A DNA stretch of 64,000 bases from a bacterium (lineage in GTDB: Bacteria; Electryoneota; Electryoneia; Electryoneales; Electryoneaceae): contig CAXXKJ010000002.1 in assembly GCA_963675295.2 (NCBI GenBank), forward strand, positions 2,784,001 to 2,848,000. The letters are read 5' to 3'. Position 1 is the first letter of the stretch, and every line of letters begins with the position of its first letter. Under the pieces are notes generated by a model that worked only from the letters and a program-made list of their open reading frames with translations, was not told where the DNA came from and did not search any database. This document shows positions 38,089 to 48,281 of this stretch, piece by piece. Made by a program: the position numbers and the translations under genes.

Positions 38089-40374
38089 ATGAGATATGAA
38101 CGCGAGGCGATTGAGTATCATTCGTCGCCACGCCCCGGCAAGATTGAGGTACGCCCGATCAAGCCCTGCTCCACCCAGCACGACCTTTCGCTTGCTTACA
38201 CACCCGGTGTCGCTGTCCCCTGCCTGGAGATTGAAAAGAACCCTGAGCTCGCCTATTCGTACACGTCAAAGGGCAATCTTGTCGGTGTCGTTTCAAATGG
38301 CACGGCTGTTCTTGGGCTTGGCGATATCGGCGCACTGGCCGGCAAACCGGTGATGGAAGGCAAGGGCGTATTGTTTAAGCGGTTTGCCGGAGTTGACGTG
38401 TTCGATCTCGAATTGGACACAAAGGACCCGGAAGAAATCATCCGCACCTGCGAGATCCTCGCCCCCACGCTTGGCGGAATCAACCTTGAGGACATCAAGG
38501 CGCCTGAGTGTTTCCATATCGAGGAAACGCTGAAGGAACGGCTTGATATTCCTGTTTTTCACGACGACCAGCACGGCACGGCGATCATCTCCGGGGCGGC
38601 GTTGATTAATGCGCTCGACCTGATCGGAAAGGACATCGCCAAGATCAAGGTCGTGTTCAACGGTGCCGGAGCCGCGGGGATTGCTTGCGCGAAGTTTTAC
38701 GAGACGTTGGGTGTCTCGCACGAAAACATCATCCTCTGCGATTCCAAAGGCGTGCTGTACACCGGTCGTGAAGATCTCGACCCGGCCCACCCGCGCTACA
38801 ACAAGTACAAGGCTTATTTCGCCCAGAAGACGGACTTGCGCACGCTTGGCGAGGCAATGGAGGGTGCGGATGCCTTCGCCGGCGTTTCCGTTGCGGATTG
38901 CGTAACCCAGGATATGGTCCGCGCCATGGCGGAAAATCCAATCATCTTCGCGATGGCGAATCCGGATCCGGAAATCACCTATCCGGACGCCGTCGCCGCC
39001 CGTGACGATGTGATTATGGCGACCGGACGCTCGGATTATCCGAACCAGGTGAACAACGTGCTCGGTTTCCCGTTCATCTTCCGCGGTGCCTTAGATGTTC
39101 GCGCGCGTGGTATCAATGAGGAGATGAAATCAGCCGCTGCTCATTCCCTCGCCGCGCTCGCGAAGGAAGATGTTCCCGACAGTGTACTCCGCGCCTATCA
39201 CGTGGAAAAGATGCATTTCGGCAAGGAGTACCTGATCCCGAAGCCGTTTGACCCGCGTGTTCTGACATGGGAAGCTGTCGCCGTTGCCAAGGCTGCGGTG
39301 GAAACCGGTGTTGCCCGTCAACCGATCAAAGACTGGGACGAATACCGGGAACGCCTCGAGCAGTATCTCAGCGGTGACCGGACAACGCTCCGCCGCATCA
39401 TTCGCCGGGCGAAGCAGGAACCGCAACGAATCGTATTCGCTGAAGGAACCGGCGAAAAGATTCTTCGTGCCGCGCAGCTTGTCATTGATGAACGGATCGG
39501 GACGCCGGTGCTGCTCGGTTCCCCGGACGTTATCGAGGAACGGCGGAAAGAACTGGGCCTGACCCTTGACGGCGCGGATGTTATCAACCCGGAATCCTCA
39601 CCGTTTTACAGCGGCTACGTCGAAGAGTATTATCGACTGCGGCAGCGTAAAGGTGTCAACCTCGAGGAAGCTCGGCGTGACATGCGTTCGCGTGATTACT
39701 TCGGACCGATGATGGTTCGCATGGGCGATGCGGATGTATTCATGTCTGACCAGTCCAGACATTATCCGAACATGTTGCGACCGATGCTCAAGGTGATGTC
39801 GGACCGTCTCGAAGGGCGGATGCTGTGCGGCGTGATGATGATAACCATCGACCACAAGGACTATTTCCTGGCGGACACAGCGGTCAACGTGGATCCGTCA
39901 GTGGAAGAAATCGTCGGTATCACCGAAGAGCTGCACAACCTTGTCATCGGGCTCGGCATGACGGTACCCCGGATTGCCTTGTTGTCGTTCAGCAACTTTG
40001 GCAGTGTGCGTTCTGCTTCGAGCAACAAGATGCGGTCAGCAGTTGAACAGCTCTGGGAGAAGCATCCGGACTGGCAGGTTGACGGCGAAGTCCAGGCAGA
40101 CATCGCGGTGAGTCCCGAACGGTTGAAAACCGGATATCCTTTCACGAAGATCCCGAATGGCGCAAATTGCCTCGTCTTTCCGAATCTCGATTCGGCGAAC
40201 ACGAGTTTCCGGCTGTTGTCGAGCCTTGGGCATGCGTCAAAGACCGGCCCGCTGATGGCTGGTCTTGATCTTCCCATGCACATTCTTTTGCCTGGGTTGG
40301 ACGTAAATGATATCGTTGATCTGGCAGCAATTGGCGTAAACCAGGCGATGGCTCGCAAACGGCAACAAGGATAG
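38089..40374 (+). CDS. maeB: NADP-dependent malic enzyme with PTA-like C-terminal domain
   Basis: [35 protein letters not shown]; C-terminal IVFAEG...DGEVQAD; AGGAG RBS. Confidence 0.96.
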   Translation: MRYEREAIEYHSSPRPGKIEVRPIKPCSTQHDLSLAYTPGVAVPCLEIEKNPELAYSYTSKGNLVGVVSNGTAVLGLGDIGALAGKPVMEGKGVLFKRFAGVDVFDLELDTKDPEEIIRTCEILAPTLGGINLEDIKAPECFHIEETLKERLDIPVFHDDQHGTAIISGAALINALDLIGKDIAKIKVVFNGAGAAGIACAKFYETLGVSHENIILCDSKGVLYTGREDLDPAHPRYNKYKAYFAQKTDLRTLGEAMEGADAFAGVSVADCVTQDMVRAMAENPIIFAMANPDPEITYPDAVAARDDVIMATGRSDYPNQVNNVLGFPFIFRGALDVRARGINEEMKSAAAHSLAALAKEDVPDSVLRAYHVEKMHFGKEYLIPKPFDPRVLTWEAVAVAKAAVETGVARQPIKDWDEYRERLEQYLSGDRTTLRRIIRRAKQEPQRIVFAEGTGEKILRAAQLVIDERIGTPVLLGSPDVIEERRKELGLTLDGADVINPESSPFYSGYVEEYYRLRQRKGVNLEEARRDMRSRDYFGPMMVRMGDADVFMSDQSRHYPNMLRPMLKVMSDRLEGRMLCGVMMITIDHKDYFLADTAVNVDPSVEEIVGITEELHNLVIGLGMTVPRIALLSFSNFGSVRSASSNKMRSAVEQLWEKHPDWQVDGEVQADIAVSPERLKTGYPFTKIPNGANCLVFPNLDSANTSFRLLSSLGHASKTGPLMAGLDLPMHILLPGLDVNDIVDLAAIGVNQAMARKRQQG

Positions 40375-40634
40375 CTCTGAGTTCGCTTCGGTGTGCTGGC
40401 AAGGCAGACTGGCGTGAATTCGTTGATTTCGGCGTGGTGGAACCGATATTGTATATATCGAAAAGGGTATATACAACCAGGTTCCACCCGCATTGTCACC
40501 TACGTGACAAGTTGCACAGACTTTGCACGAAGTGCTGAAATACCCGAACACCAATCGCCCGGAACGGGAGACCCCGGTTTCGTGAGTGTCCGTCAAAAGC
40601 GTACTTTCTCAGCCTGAAACACAGGGAGGGTATC

Positions 40635-40913
40635 TTGCACGAGAATCTCGTCATGATCTGTATCACGGCGTTCACGGCCGTGTTTTCACTGCTCGCCTTA
40701 CTTGCTGCTGTCATGGAGGGTATTACTCGTCTCGCCGCCGCGCCGGCGACCGCGACGGTGAAGAAGGCCGCCCCTCCGGCAGCGTCATCCCCCAAAGCCA
40801 CTCCTGCACCGTCCGTAGCGACCCACGATCAAGCCCGGATCGCCGCAATTTCGTCCGCGTACAGGAGATTATTCCCAGACAAGTCCGTCATACATATCGA
40901 GGAAATAGGCTGA
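40635..40913 (+). CDS. oadG: Na+-translocating decarboxylase gamma subunit
   Basis: Single TM (VFSLLALL), A/P linker, IAAISSA; TTG start with GGGAGG RBS; precedes the alpha and beta subunits. Confidence 0.72.
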   Translation: MHENLVMICITAFTAVFSLLALLAAVMEGITRLAAAPATATVKKAAPPAASSPKATPAPSVATHDQARIAAISSAYRRLFPDKSVIHIEEIG

Positions 40914-40962
40914 CCTGAACCCGATTCAGGCCAACCTGCCTAACGCAGGAGGCTTTAATCCG

Positions 40963-42861
40963 ATGATTTTCACTGAGAAGAAAAAGACCATCCGGGTCAT
41001 GCTCACCACGTTCCGCGATGGGTTTCAGAGTATGTTTGGCGGGAAGGTGCGCATTGACGACGTGCTCCCGGCGATGAAGGTTGCCGCCAAGGATGTCGGC
41101 GTCAAACACTTTGAGTTTGGCGGCGGTGCACGTTATCAGGCTCCGTATTTCTATTGTGGCGAAGATCCGTTTGAAACGATGCAGAAGATGCGTGACACGG
41201 TTGGTCCGGAACCGGATCTGCAGATCCTCACCCGTTCCATCTCCGGTGTGACGCTGACGACGCAGAACATCGACGCATTGAAGCTGCAGGCGAAGCTGCA
41301 CCAGAAGTATGGTACCACCTGGGACCGTAACTTCGACTTCATGAACGACGTCGACCTGCTGGCCAAGACCGGTCAGCCAATTGTTGACGCCGGCATGCAT
41401 CACCAGGTCTGTGTCGCGTTGATGGGTCTGCCGTTCGAATCCGACAAGGCGCACACGGCTGAGTTTTACATTAACGTCGCGAAGAAGATTATTGCCAGCG
41501 GCGTTCATTTCGACTCGTTGTGTCTCAAGGATGCGTCCGGTACGACCACACCGCACGTGGTTTACGAAGCCGCCAAGGGGATCAAGCCGTTGCTGCCGGA
41601 AGGTACTCCGCTGTGGTTCCACACGCATGATACCGCGTCGACGGCGGTTTCGTGCTACATGGCCGCAATCGAAGGTGGCGCCGACGGTATCGACCTGTCG
41701 AACCGTCCGCTGGCCAGCGGCACCGTGCAGCCGGATGTACGCTCCATGGCGCACGCACTCAAGGGGACCGGTTACGAGCTCGACATCGACCACACCAAGG
41801 TCATGTTGATTGAAGAAGCACTGACCGAAGGGCTCAAGGATTACAACTTCAATCCTGTGGTGACCAGTGCGGACGCCCGCGTGACCGGCTTCCCAATGCC
41901 GGGTGGCGCGATCGGGCCGAACGTGCACATGATGGTGAAGGCCGGCATTCTTGACCGCTACAGCGAAGTTCTGGCTGAGTTCCCGGTCGTGGTGAAGGCT
42001 GGTGGTGGCTGGACCTCTGTGACGCCGGGTTCCCAGCAGTACTGGCTGCAGGCGTTCAACAACGTGCTGCTCGGCCGTTGGGAAAAGATCGACCCGGGCT
42101 ACGGCAAATCCGTTCTCGGGTACTTCGGCAAGACCCCGTTGCCGTCCGATCCGGAAGTGGTCAAGATCGCCAGTGAACAGCTGAACCTGCCGGTTCTCGA
42201 GAAGAACCCGCTGGAAGTCGCGCCGGACAGCCTCGGCCCGGCAAAGGCCGAACTGGAGAAGCGTGGTTTGCCGACGGACGAGAAGAGCGTCTTCCTCGTG
42301 GCGGCGGCAAGTGTTCCGGGCAAGGATTTCGAGTTGAATGAAGGTATCCGTCTGCTCGAGAAGCGTCCGAAGATCGAGATTCCGCTCAAGAAGAAGGAAG
42401 AAGCGCCGAAGAAAGCCGCTCCGAAGGCCGCGGCTCCGGCAGCTGCTCCTGCCGCCGCTCCGGCGATGGTCAGTGGTCCGATGACGACCACCTGCACCGT
42501 GGTCGAAGGTGGCACCGCGCGTCAGTTCATGGTCATTGTGGACGCGCAGGGCAACGGTGGCGCGGCTCCGATGCCGATGGCAACGGGTGCGGCTCCGGCA
42601 GCAGCACCAGCTCCGGCGGCTGTGGCGGAAGCCACGGGTACCCCGGTGTATTCACCGTTTGATGGTGACAGCCCGCTGGTCGAGCTGAAGGTGAAGGTTG
42701 GTGACGCGGTCACGGAAGGCCAGATCCTGGGTGCGGTCGAAGCGATGAAGGCGAACTACAACTTCAAGTCTCCGGCTGATGGTACGGTAGGTGAGATTTT
42801 CTACCATCTCGGCGATGACGTTCCCGCCGGCGAACCGATTCTGACCATTCAGCCAAAGTAA
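40963..42861 (+). CDS. oadA: Oxaloacetate decarboxylase alpha subunit (carboxyltransferase plus biotinyl domain)
   Basis: FRDGFQS, CLKDASG, HTHDT, MPGG, VTPGSQ; biotin site EAMKA. Confidence 0.88.
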   Translation: MIFTEKKKTIRVMLTTFRDGFQSMFGGKVRIDDVLPAMKVAAKDVGVKHFEFGGGARYQAPYFYCGEDPFETMQKMRDTVGPEPDLQILTRSISGVTLTTQNIDALKLQAKLHQKYGTTWDRNFDFMNDVDLLAKTGQPIVDAGMHHQVCVALMGLPFESDKAHTAEFYINVAKKIIASGVHFDSLCLKDASGTTTPHVVYEAAKGIKPLLPEGTPLWFHTHDTASTAVSCYMAAIEGGADGIDLSNRPLASGTVQPDVRSMAHALKGTGYELDIDHTKVMLIEEALTEGLKDYNFNPVVTSADARVTGFPMPGGAIGPNVHMMVKAGILDRYSEVLAEFPVVVKAGGGWTSVTPGSQQYWLQAFNNVLLGRWEKIDPGYGKSVLGYFGKTPLPSDPEVVKIASEQLNLPVLEKNPLEVAPDSLGPAKAELEKRGLPTDEKSVFLVAAASVPGKDFELNEGIRLLEKRPKIEIPLKKKEEAPKKAAPKAAAPAAAPAAAPAMVSGPMTTTCTVVEGGTARQFMVIVDAQGNGGAAPMPMATGAAPAAAPAPAAVAEATGTPVYSPFDGDSPLVELKVKVGDAVTEGQILGAVEAMKANYNFKSPADGTVGEIFYHLGDDVPAGEPILTIQPK

Positions 42862-42871
42862 GGGAGACAGC

Positions 42872-44008
42872 ATGGAGGCGTTAGCCGAATTGCTAGGATC
42901 CTCCGGCTTTGCTGGGCTGACTTGGCAGAACATAGTCATGTTCGCGGTCGGTGGAATTCTGATCTATCTGGCCATTACACGAGGATACGAACCCCTGTTG
43001 CTGATCCCGATCGGGTCCGGCGCGATTCTGGCCAACCTGCCATTTGCGCACATGGCCGCCGGTCTTGGCATCAGCGAAGGGTTGCTGCAGGATATTTACA
43101 AGGTCGGTATCAAGACCGAGTTTCTCCCGCCCGTTATTTTCCTCGGGGTGGGCGTACTCACCGACTTCCGGCCGTTGCTCAGCCGTCCGTACACGTTCCT
43201 GCTCGGTGCGGCTGCGCAGTTGGGCATCTTTACCGCGGCGCTGGGTGCATTTTACCTGGCCGGCTTCACCATTGAGGAATCGGCCGCCATCGGCATTATT
43301 GGTGGCGCGGATGGTCCGACGTCGATCTTTCTTGCGAGCAAGCTGGCTCCGCACCTGCTCGGACCGATTGCTGTTGCGGCGTACAGCTACATGTCGCTGG
43401 TTCCGATCATCCAGCCGCCGATCATGCGCATGTTGACGACCAAGAATGAACGGAAAATCGACATGCCGCAGGCGAAACCGGTCTCGAAGACCGCGACCAT
43501 CCTGTTCCCGATCGTCACGGGTACGGTGGCAATGCTGGCAATTCCGTCCAGCGCGCCGTTGCTGGGCATGCTGATGTTCGGCAACCTGCTGGCGGTTTCC
43601 GGTGTCACCGAACGGCTGCGCAAGACCGCTGGTGGAGCGATGACCGACATCGTCACCATCTTCCTTGGCCTCGCAGTTGGTGCGACGATGACCGGCAGCT
43701 CGTTCCTGCAGGTGGAAACGTTAAAGATTCTGGTGATGGGCGCGATCGCATTCGGATTCTCGACTGCGGGTGGCGTCCTCTTCGCAAAGTTGATCAACGT
43801 GTTCCTGCCGGCCGGGAAGAAGATCAACCCGTGCATCGGCGCGGCCGGTGTCAGTGCGGTACCGATGTCCGCACGCGTTGTCCAGGGCTTCGTGAGCGAA
43901 CAGTCGAATGGCAAGGTGAATCCGTTGATGGCCGCGATGGGACCGAATGTCGCGGGCGTGATCGGTTCCGCCGTCGCTGCCGGTGTGTTCCTGATGTTGC
44001 TGCAATAA
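42872..44008 (+). CDS. oadB: Na+-translocating decarboxylase beta subunit
   Basis: EPLLLIPIG, IGIIGGADGPT, AAYSYMSLVPIIQPP, GPNVAGVIGSA. Confidence 0.95.
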   Translation: MEALAELLGSSGFAGLTWQNIVMFAVGGILIYLAITRGYEPLLLIPIGSGAILANLPFAHMAAGLGISEGLLQDIYKVGIKTEFLPPVIFLGVGVLTDFRPLLSRPYTFLLGAAAQLGIFTAALGAFYLAGFTIEESAAIGIIGGADGPTSIFLASKLAPHLLGPIAVAAYSYMSLVPIIQPPIMRMLTTKNERKIDMPQAKPVSKTATILFPIVTGTVAMLAIPSSAPLLGMLMFGNLLAVSGVTERLRKTAGGAMTDIVTIFLGLAVGATMTGSSFLQVETLKILVMGAIAFGFSTAGGVLFAKLINVFLPAGKKINPCIGAAGVSAVPMSARVVQGFVSEQSNGKVNPLMAAMGPNVAGVIGSAVAAGVFLMLLQ

Positions 44009-44037
44009 CGTATCCAAACACCTTTGTTCAACCACCC

Positions 44038-44070
44038 CGCCTGCGGTTTCTGACCGCAGGCGTTTTCTCT
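44038..44070 (+). terminator. Rho-independent terminator
   Basis: CGCCTGCGGT-TTCTG-ACCGCAGGCG-TTTTCTCT. Confidence 0.85.
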
Positions 44071-44312
44071 CTTCTCACTGGTGTTTCCACCCCTCTGAGC
44101 TCGAAACGGGCTCCCTTGCTCCCCTTATCACATGACAAGAAGTTAGAGGCTCCTTACATTCAAAAGACAACAATTTTCATGGAACTGTTGGGGGACAGTC
44201 ATCCGTGAGAGAGACGTACGAACTTACGGTAGCCCTCCCCCATCCCCCTGCTTCCGGCACGTTGGGCACGGTTATCGTGACGTATAACCATACTGTCTGG
44301 AGGTAGTGGAAA

Positions 44313-46289
44313 ATGTTGAAGTTAAATCACGGAACCGACATCCTTGCGGCCAGCGGCGGAGTGGAGAATTACGCCGATGCCCGCGCGATCCTTACCGATA
44401 TCCTCGACGACACCAACCTCGCCAAGCTTGACCAGATCAAGACGGAAGACGCGTGGGTAAAGATTGCTAACGCGGTGAAGTTGTGTGAGCCGGATGATGT
44501 GTTCGTTCTGACCGGTTCGATGGAGGACGTGTACGAGATCCGTCGCCGCAGCATCGAGAAGGGCGAAGAGAAGCTGTTGGCGATGAAGGATCACACAGTC
44601 CACTTTGATCTGCCCGAAGAACAGGGCCGGATCGTGGACCGCACGTTCTACATCGTCAACGAAGACGAGGACACCAGCGTGCTCGCGAAGACGATGATCC
44701 GCAACGAAGCGCAGGACTATGTGCAGGAAAACATGCGCGGCATCATGAAGGGCAAGACGATGTTTGTTGGCTTCTTCAGCCGTGGTCCGCAGGGCGCGAA
44801 GCTGGCGTTGCCGGCGATTGAGATTTCGTCCTCAACCTACGTCATGCACTCCGGCTTGATCCTGTATCGCAATTGTTTCGGCACGTTTGACGATCAGGTC
44901 AAGCAGACCGGCCATTTCCTGACGAACGTACACAGCGAAGGCCAGAACCGTCCGGAAGATCTGCCTAACGCCCGTGTGTTCATGGACCGCAGTTGGCTGA
45001 CTACGTTCTCGATGTTCTGCACCTATGCCGGCAACACGCTGCTGCTGAAGAAGGGCAATCACCGCATGGCCGTGGACCTCGCCAGCTATTATGGCAACAG
45101 CGAAGCGTTGTCCGAGCATATGTTCATCACCGGGATGAAGGATGACAGCGGCCGGATCACGTGGTTCGCGGGAGCGGCACCGTCCGGTTGCGGTAAAACC
45201 ACCACTGCGATGGCGGGCACGGACTTCGTCGGCGACGACCTCGCGCAGATGTGGGTCGACGATGACGGGACCATGCGTGCGATCAACCCGGAACAGGGCA
45301 TCTTCGGCATCGTTGCCGATGTCAACCGTGACGGCGACCCGTACCTGATGAAGGCGCTGCGAGAAGAAGGTACTGAGGTCATTTGGTCGAACGTGCTGGT
45401 GGATGATGATGGCGTCACGCACTGGACCGGCAACGGCGAGGAGCACCCGGACCACGGCGTCAATTTCCAGGGCGAGTGGCACAAGGGCAAGACCAGGGCC
45501 GACGGCACGGAAATCCCGATCTCGCACCCGAACGCTCGCTGCACGCTGCGTTGCGACGCAATTGACAACTACAACCGTGAACATGGCGAGGATCCGAATG
45601 GCGTCCCGGTCAAGGTGGTGACCTACTCCGGCCGTGACAGCGACACGATGCCGCCGGTGTGGGTTGGCAAGAATGCGGATCACGGCGTGGTAATTGGGGC
45701 CTCGATCGTCTCCGCCGCGACGGCGACCGAAGTCGGCGCTTCCGGCGTCAAGCGTCAGCCGTGGGCGAACGCACCGTTCATCCCGGGTCCGCTGGCCGAC
45801 TACATGAAGGTCCAGTTCGAGTTCTTCAACAGCAGCAAGTTTGATACGGACGGACAGCCGGTGCTGGCGGGTCTCAACTACTTCCTCACCGACGAAGCCC
45901 GTGGTGGCTCGAGCAAGAAGCTGCTCGGCGAAAAGAGGGACGTGAAGGTGTGGTTGTCCTGGCTGGCGGCATACGCCAACGGCGATGTCGAGGCGATTGA
46001 GACGCCGATTGGCTACATCCCACGTTACGAGGATTTGCACGAACTGTTTCACAAGGTGATCGGCAAGGAGTATTCGTGGGAACTGTACGTCAAGCACTTC
46101 TCGCTGTACATCGACAACATTCTTGCCCGGATCGAATTGCAGCGTGACGCCTTCGGCAAGGAGAAGAACCTGCCAACGCAACTGTTTGCGGTGTACGACG
46201 AGTGGGAATCCGGCCTGATCGAACTTAAGCAGCATCATGGCGCGGTAGTTAGCCCCGACCAGTTGCAGGCGTTCACCGCGGCCGGTTAA
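44313..46289 (+). CDS. pckG: Phosphoenolpyruvate carboxykinase (GTP)
   Basis: YAGNTLLLKK, LSEHMFI, APSGCGKT, VGDDLA, INPEQGIFGI, SHPNARCT. Confidence 0.94.
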   Translation: MLKLNHGTDILAASGGVENYADARAILTDILDDTNLAKLDQIKTEDAWVKIANAVKLCEPDDVFVLTGSMEDVYEIRRRSIEKGEEKLLAMKDHTVHFDLPEEQGRIVDRTFYIVNEDEDTSVLAKTMIRNEAQDYVQENMRGIMKGKTMFVGFFSRGPQGAKLALPAIEISSSTYVMHSGLILYRNCFGTFDDQVKQTGHFLTNVHSEGQNRPEDLPNARVFMDRSWLTTFSMFCTYAGNTLLLKKGNHRMAVDLASYYGNSEALSEHMFITGMKDDSGRITWFAGAAPSGCGKTTTAMAGTDFVGDDLAQMWVDDDGTMRAINPEQGIFGIVADVNRDGDPYLMKALREEGTEVIWSNVLVDDDGVTHWTGNGEEHPDHGVNFQGEWHKGKTRADGTEIPISHPNARCTLRCDAIDNYNREHGEDPNGVPVKVVTYSGRDSDTMPPVWVGKNADHGVVIGASIVSAATATEVGASGVKRQPWANAPFIPGPLADYMKVQFEFFNSSKFDTDGQPVLAGLNYFLTDEARGGSSKKLLGEKRDVKVWLSWLAAYANGDVEAIETPIGYIPRYEDLHELFHKVIGKEYSWELYVKHFSLYIDNILARIELQRDAFGKEKNLPTQLFAVYDEWESGLIELKQHHGAVVSPDQLQAFTAAG

Positions 46290-46318
46290 TCCCCGCACCA
46301 TTACGATTCAAGCTATCC

Positions 46319-46350
46319 AACCGCGTGGTTTTCGCACCACGCGGTTTTTC
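46319..46350 (+). terminator. Rho-independent terminator
   Basis: AACCGCGTGGT-TTTCGC-ACCACGCGGTT-TTTC. Confidence 0.85.
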
Positions 46351-46457
46351 TCTCTGAACGTTGCTCCTTCCTGCCTCTCGCGTCTCTTCGTTATGGAAAT
46401 CACAAAGGTTGGATCTGCATCTAACTTTGCAACAGCTCCCCTGCTTCACGGTTTGAT

Positions 46458-46475
46458 TTGTGAAGCATTACACAA
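46458..46475. promoter_or_regulatory. Rex-like operator
   Basis: TTGTGAA-GCAT-TACACAA, one mismatch to TTGTGAA-N4-TTCACAA. Confidence 0.6.
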
Positions 46476-46511
46476 ATTGGGTCCATGTTCACCCGGGAGA
46501 AAGGAAGTCTC

Positions 46512-47891
46512 ATGCGTCACCTGTCCTGGTTACTGATCCTTGTACTCGCGACTGTCGCTCTGGCCGCCGAGGATCACAGCGAATACTTCACCGATCCCTT
46601 TGATACACCTCAGGACGTCACCGCCACCTGCCTCGAATGTCATGACGATGTGGGCGAATCCATCCTCCACACCCGTCACTGGAACTGGCAGGGCACCACA
46701 ACCGCCGAGGATGGCAGTGAGCAAGTTGTGATCGGCAAGCAGAGCCTGATCAACAATTTCTGCATCTCGGTGCCGTCAAACTGGCCACGCTGCACCAGCT
46801 GCCACATCGGGTACGGCTGGCAGGACGCAAGTTTCGATCACAGCGACCCGGGCAACATCGACTGCCTCGTCTGCCATGACGCCACCGGCACCTACAAGAA
46901 AGTCCCCACCGGCGCGGGCATGCCGGACCCGTCGGTTGATCTGCTGGCGGTGGCACAGTCAGTCGGCTCCACCCCTTCACGCACCAATTGCGGCACCTGC
47001 CACTTTGATGGTGGTGGCGGAACCGGCGTCAAGCACGGTGACATGGACGACATGTTGTACGAACCGACTCGTGAGCTGGACGTGCACATGGGCGGACTGG
47101 ACTTTGTCTGCGTCGATTGCCATACGACCGAAGACCACAAGATATCCGGCGCCAGCCATGGCTCGATGACGATGAACGAGAACCACATCTCTTGCACCGA
47201 TTGTCATGACGATCCGGAACTGCATGACAATTCCGCGATCAATCGTCACCTCAATACCCTCGCCTGCGAAACCTGCCACATCCCGGAGTATGCGCGCGGC
47301 CTGCCAACGAAAACCTGGTGGGACTGGTCACAGGCCGGCGAGGATCGTGAGGTTGGGCACGACGAGTACGGTAAAGAGATGTACAGCAAGAAGAAGGGCG
47401 AATTTGAATGGGGCAAGGACCTGGTACCAACCTATGCCTGGTCCAATGGTGGCGCGTCTGTGTATCGCATTGGCGACACGATTAATCCCTCGGCGCCGGT
47501 CGCGTTGAACCAGCTGCAAGGTGGGTTTGACGACCCGGATTCACGGATTCGGCCCTACAAGGTGATGCGTGGCAAGCAACCTTATAACGTCGTAAACAAC
47601 ACGATGATCGTGCCGCACCTGTTCGGTTCTGAAGGGTATTGGAAGACCTTCAACTGGGAACAGGCTGCGTCGATCGGAATGGCAGCGGTCGGACAGGATT
47701 TCTCCGGCGAGGTCGGCTTTGTCGAAACCGAGATGTACTGGCCGTTGAACCACACCGTCGCTCCGAAAGAGGACGCTTTGCGCTGCACCGACTGCCACAT
47801 CCGTGGCGAACGTCTCGACTGGACAGCGTTGGGTTACGATGGCGATCCAATGAAGACGAAACAGAAACGCCTCGAGCCTGACGGGGACTAA
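46512..47891 (+). CDS. Octaheme c-type cytochrome, tetrathionate reductase (OTR) family
   Basis: Eight CxxCH; GKxxxINNFC; CHIGYGW; VKHGD; WDWSQAG; KKKGEF; signal peptide. Confidence 0.92.
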   Translation: MRHLSWLLILVLATVALAAEDHSEYFTDPFDTPQDVTATCLECHDDVGESILHTRHWNWQGTTTAEDGSEQVVIGKQSLINNFCISVPSNWPRCTSCHIGYGWQDASFDHSDPGNIDCLVCHDATGTYKKVPTGAGMPDPSVDLLAVAQSVGSTPSRTNCGTCHFDGGGGTGVKHGDMDDMLYEPTRELDVHMGGLDFVCVDCHTTEDHKISGASHGSMTMNENHISCTDCHDDPELHDNSAINRHLNTLACETCHIPEYARGLPTKTWWDWSQAGEDREVGHDEYGKEMYSKKKGEFEWGKDLVPTYAWSNGGASVYRIGDTINPSAPVALNQLQGGFDDPDSRIRPYKVMRGKQPYNVVNNTMIVPHLFGSEGYWKTFNWEQAASIGMAAVGQDFSGEVGFVETEMYWPLNHTVAPKEDALRCTDCHIRGERLDWTALGYDGDPMKTKQKRLEPDGD

Positions 47892-48281
47892 AAGTTAGGA
47901 AGCCCTGTCTCTCGGGCTCCGCCGGACACGGTCCAAGGGCTACACACCGCAGTACGAATTGCAGGGGATATCACGCATATCCCCTGTTCTCCTCGATTCG
48001 GCCGCAGTCTGCTAACTTGCCTCTCTCGCTGGAATTTCGCCGTTCCCGAAGTTTTTCTCGCCAACTTTGAAAACCGAAATTTCTGGTGCAGAACCTCGAA
48101 ACGTGTAATTACGCGGTTGGATCTGAGCGTCAAAACCAAAAAATCAGGGCAATAAATTTCAAACTCGTTTTGATAGCTTTTCCCCTGAAGCTCGAGTAGA
48201 TTCCGCGCCGGGTTGGTACTCCTCGTAGTCCCGCGGAATTGGCATGCCTCTGTGTAGAACAACTGCAGACAGGACTGAACG

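Noticed and set aside
44262-44280. sigma54-like GGCACGGTTATCGT upstream of pckG (and TGGCATG near 48240)
   Set aside because: The -12 GC is missing at the required spacing and there is no enhancer pair.
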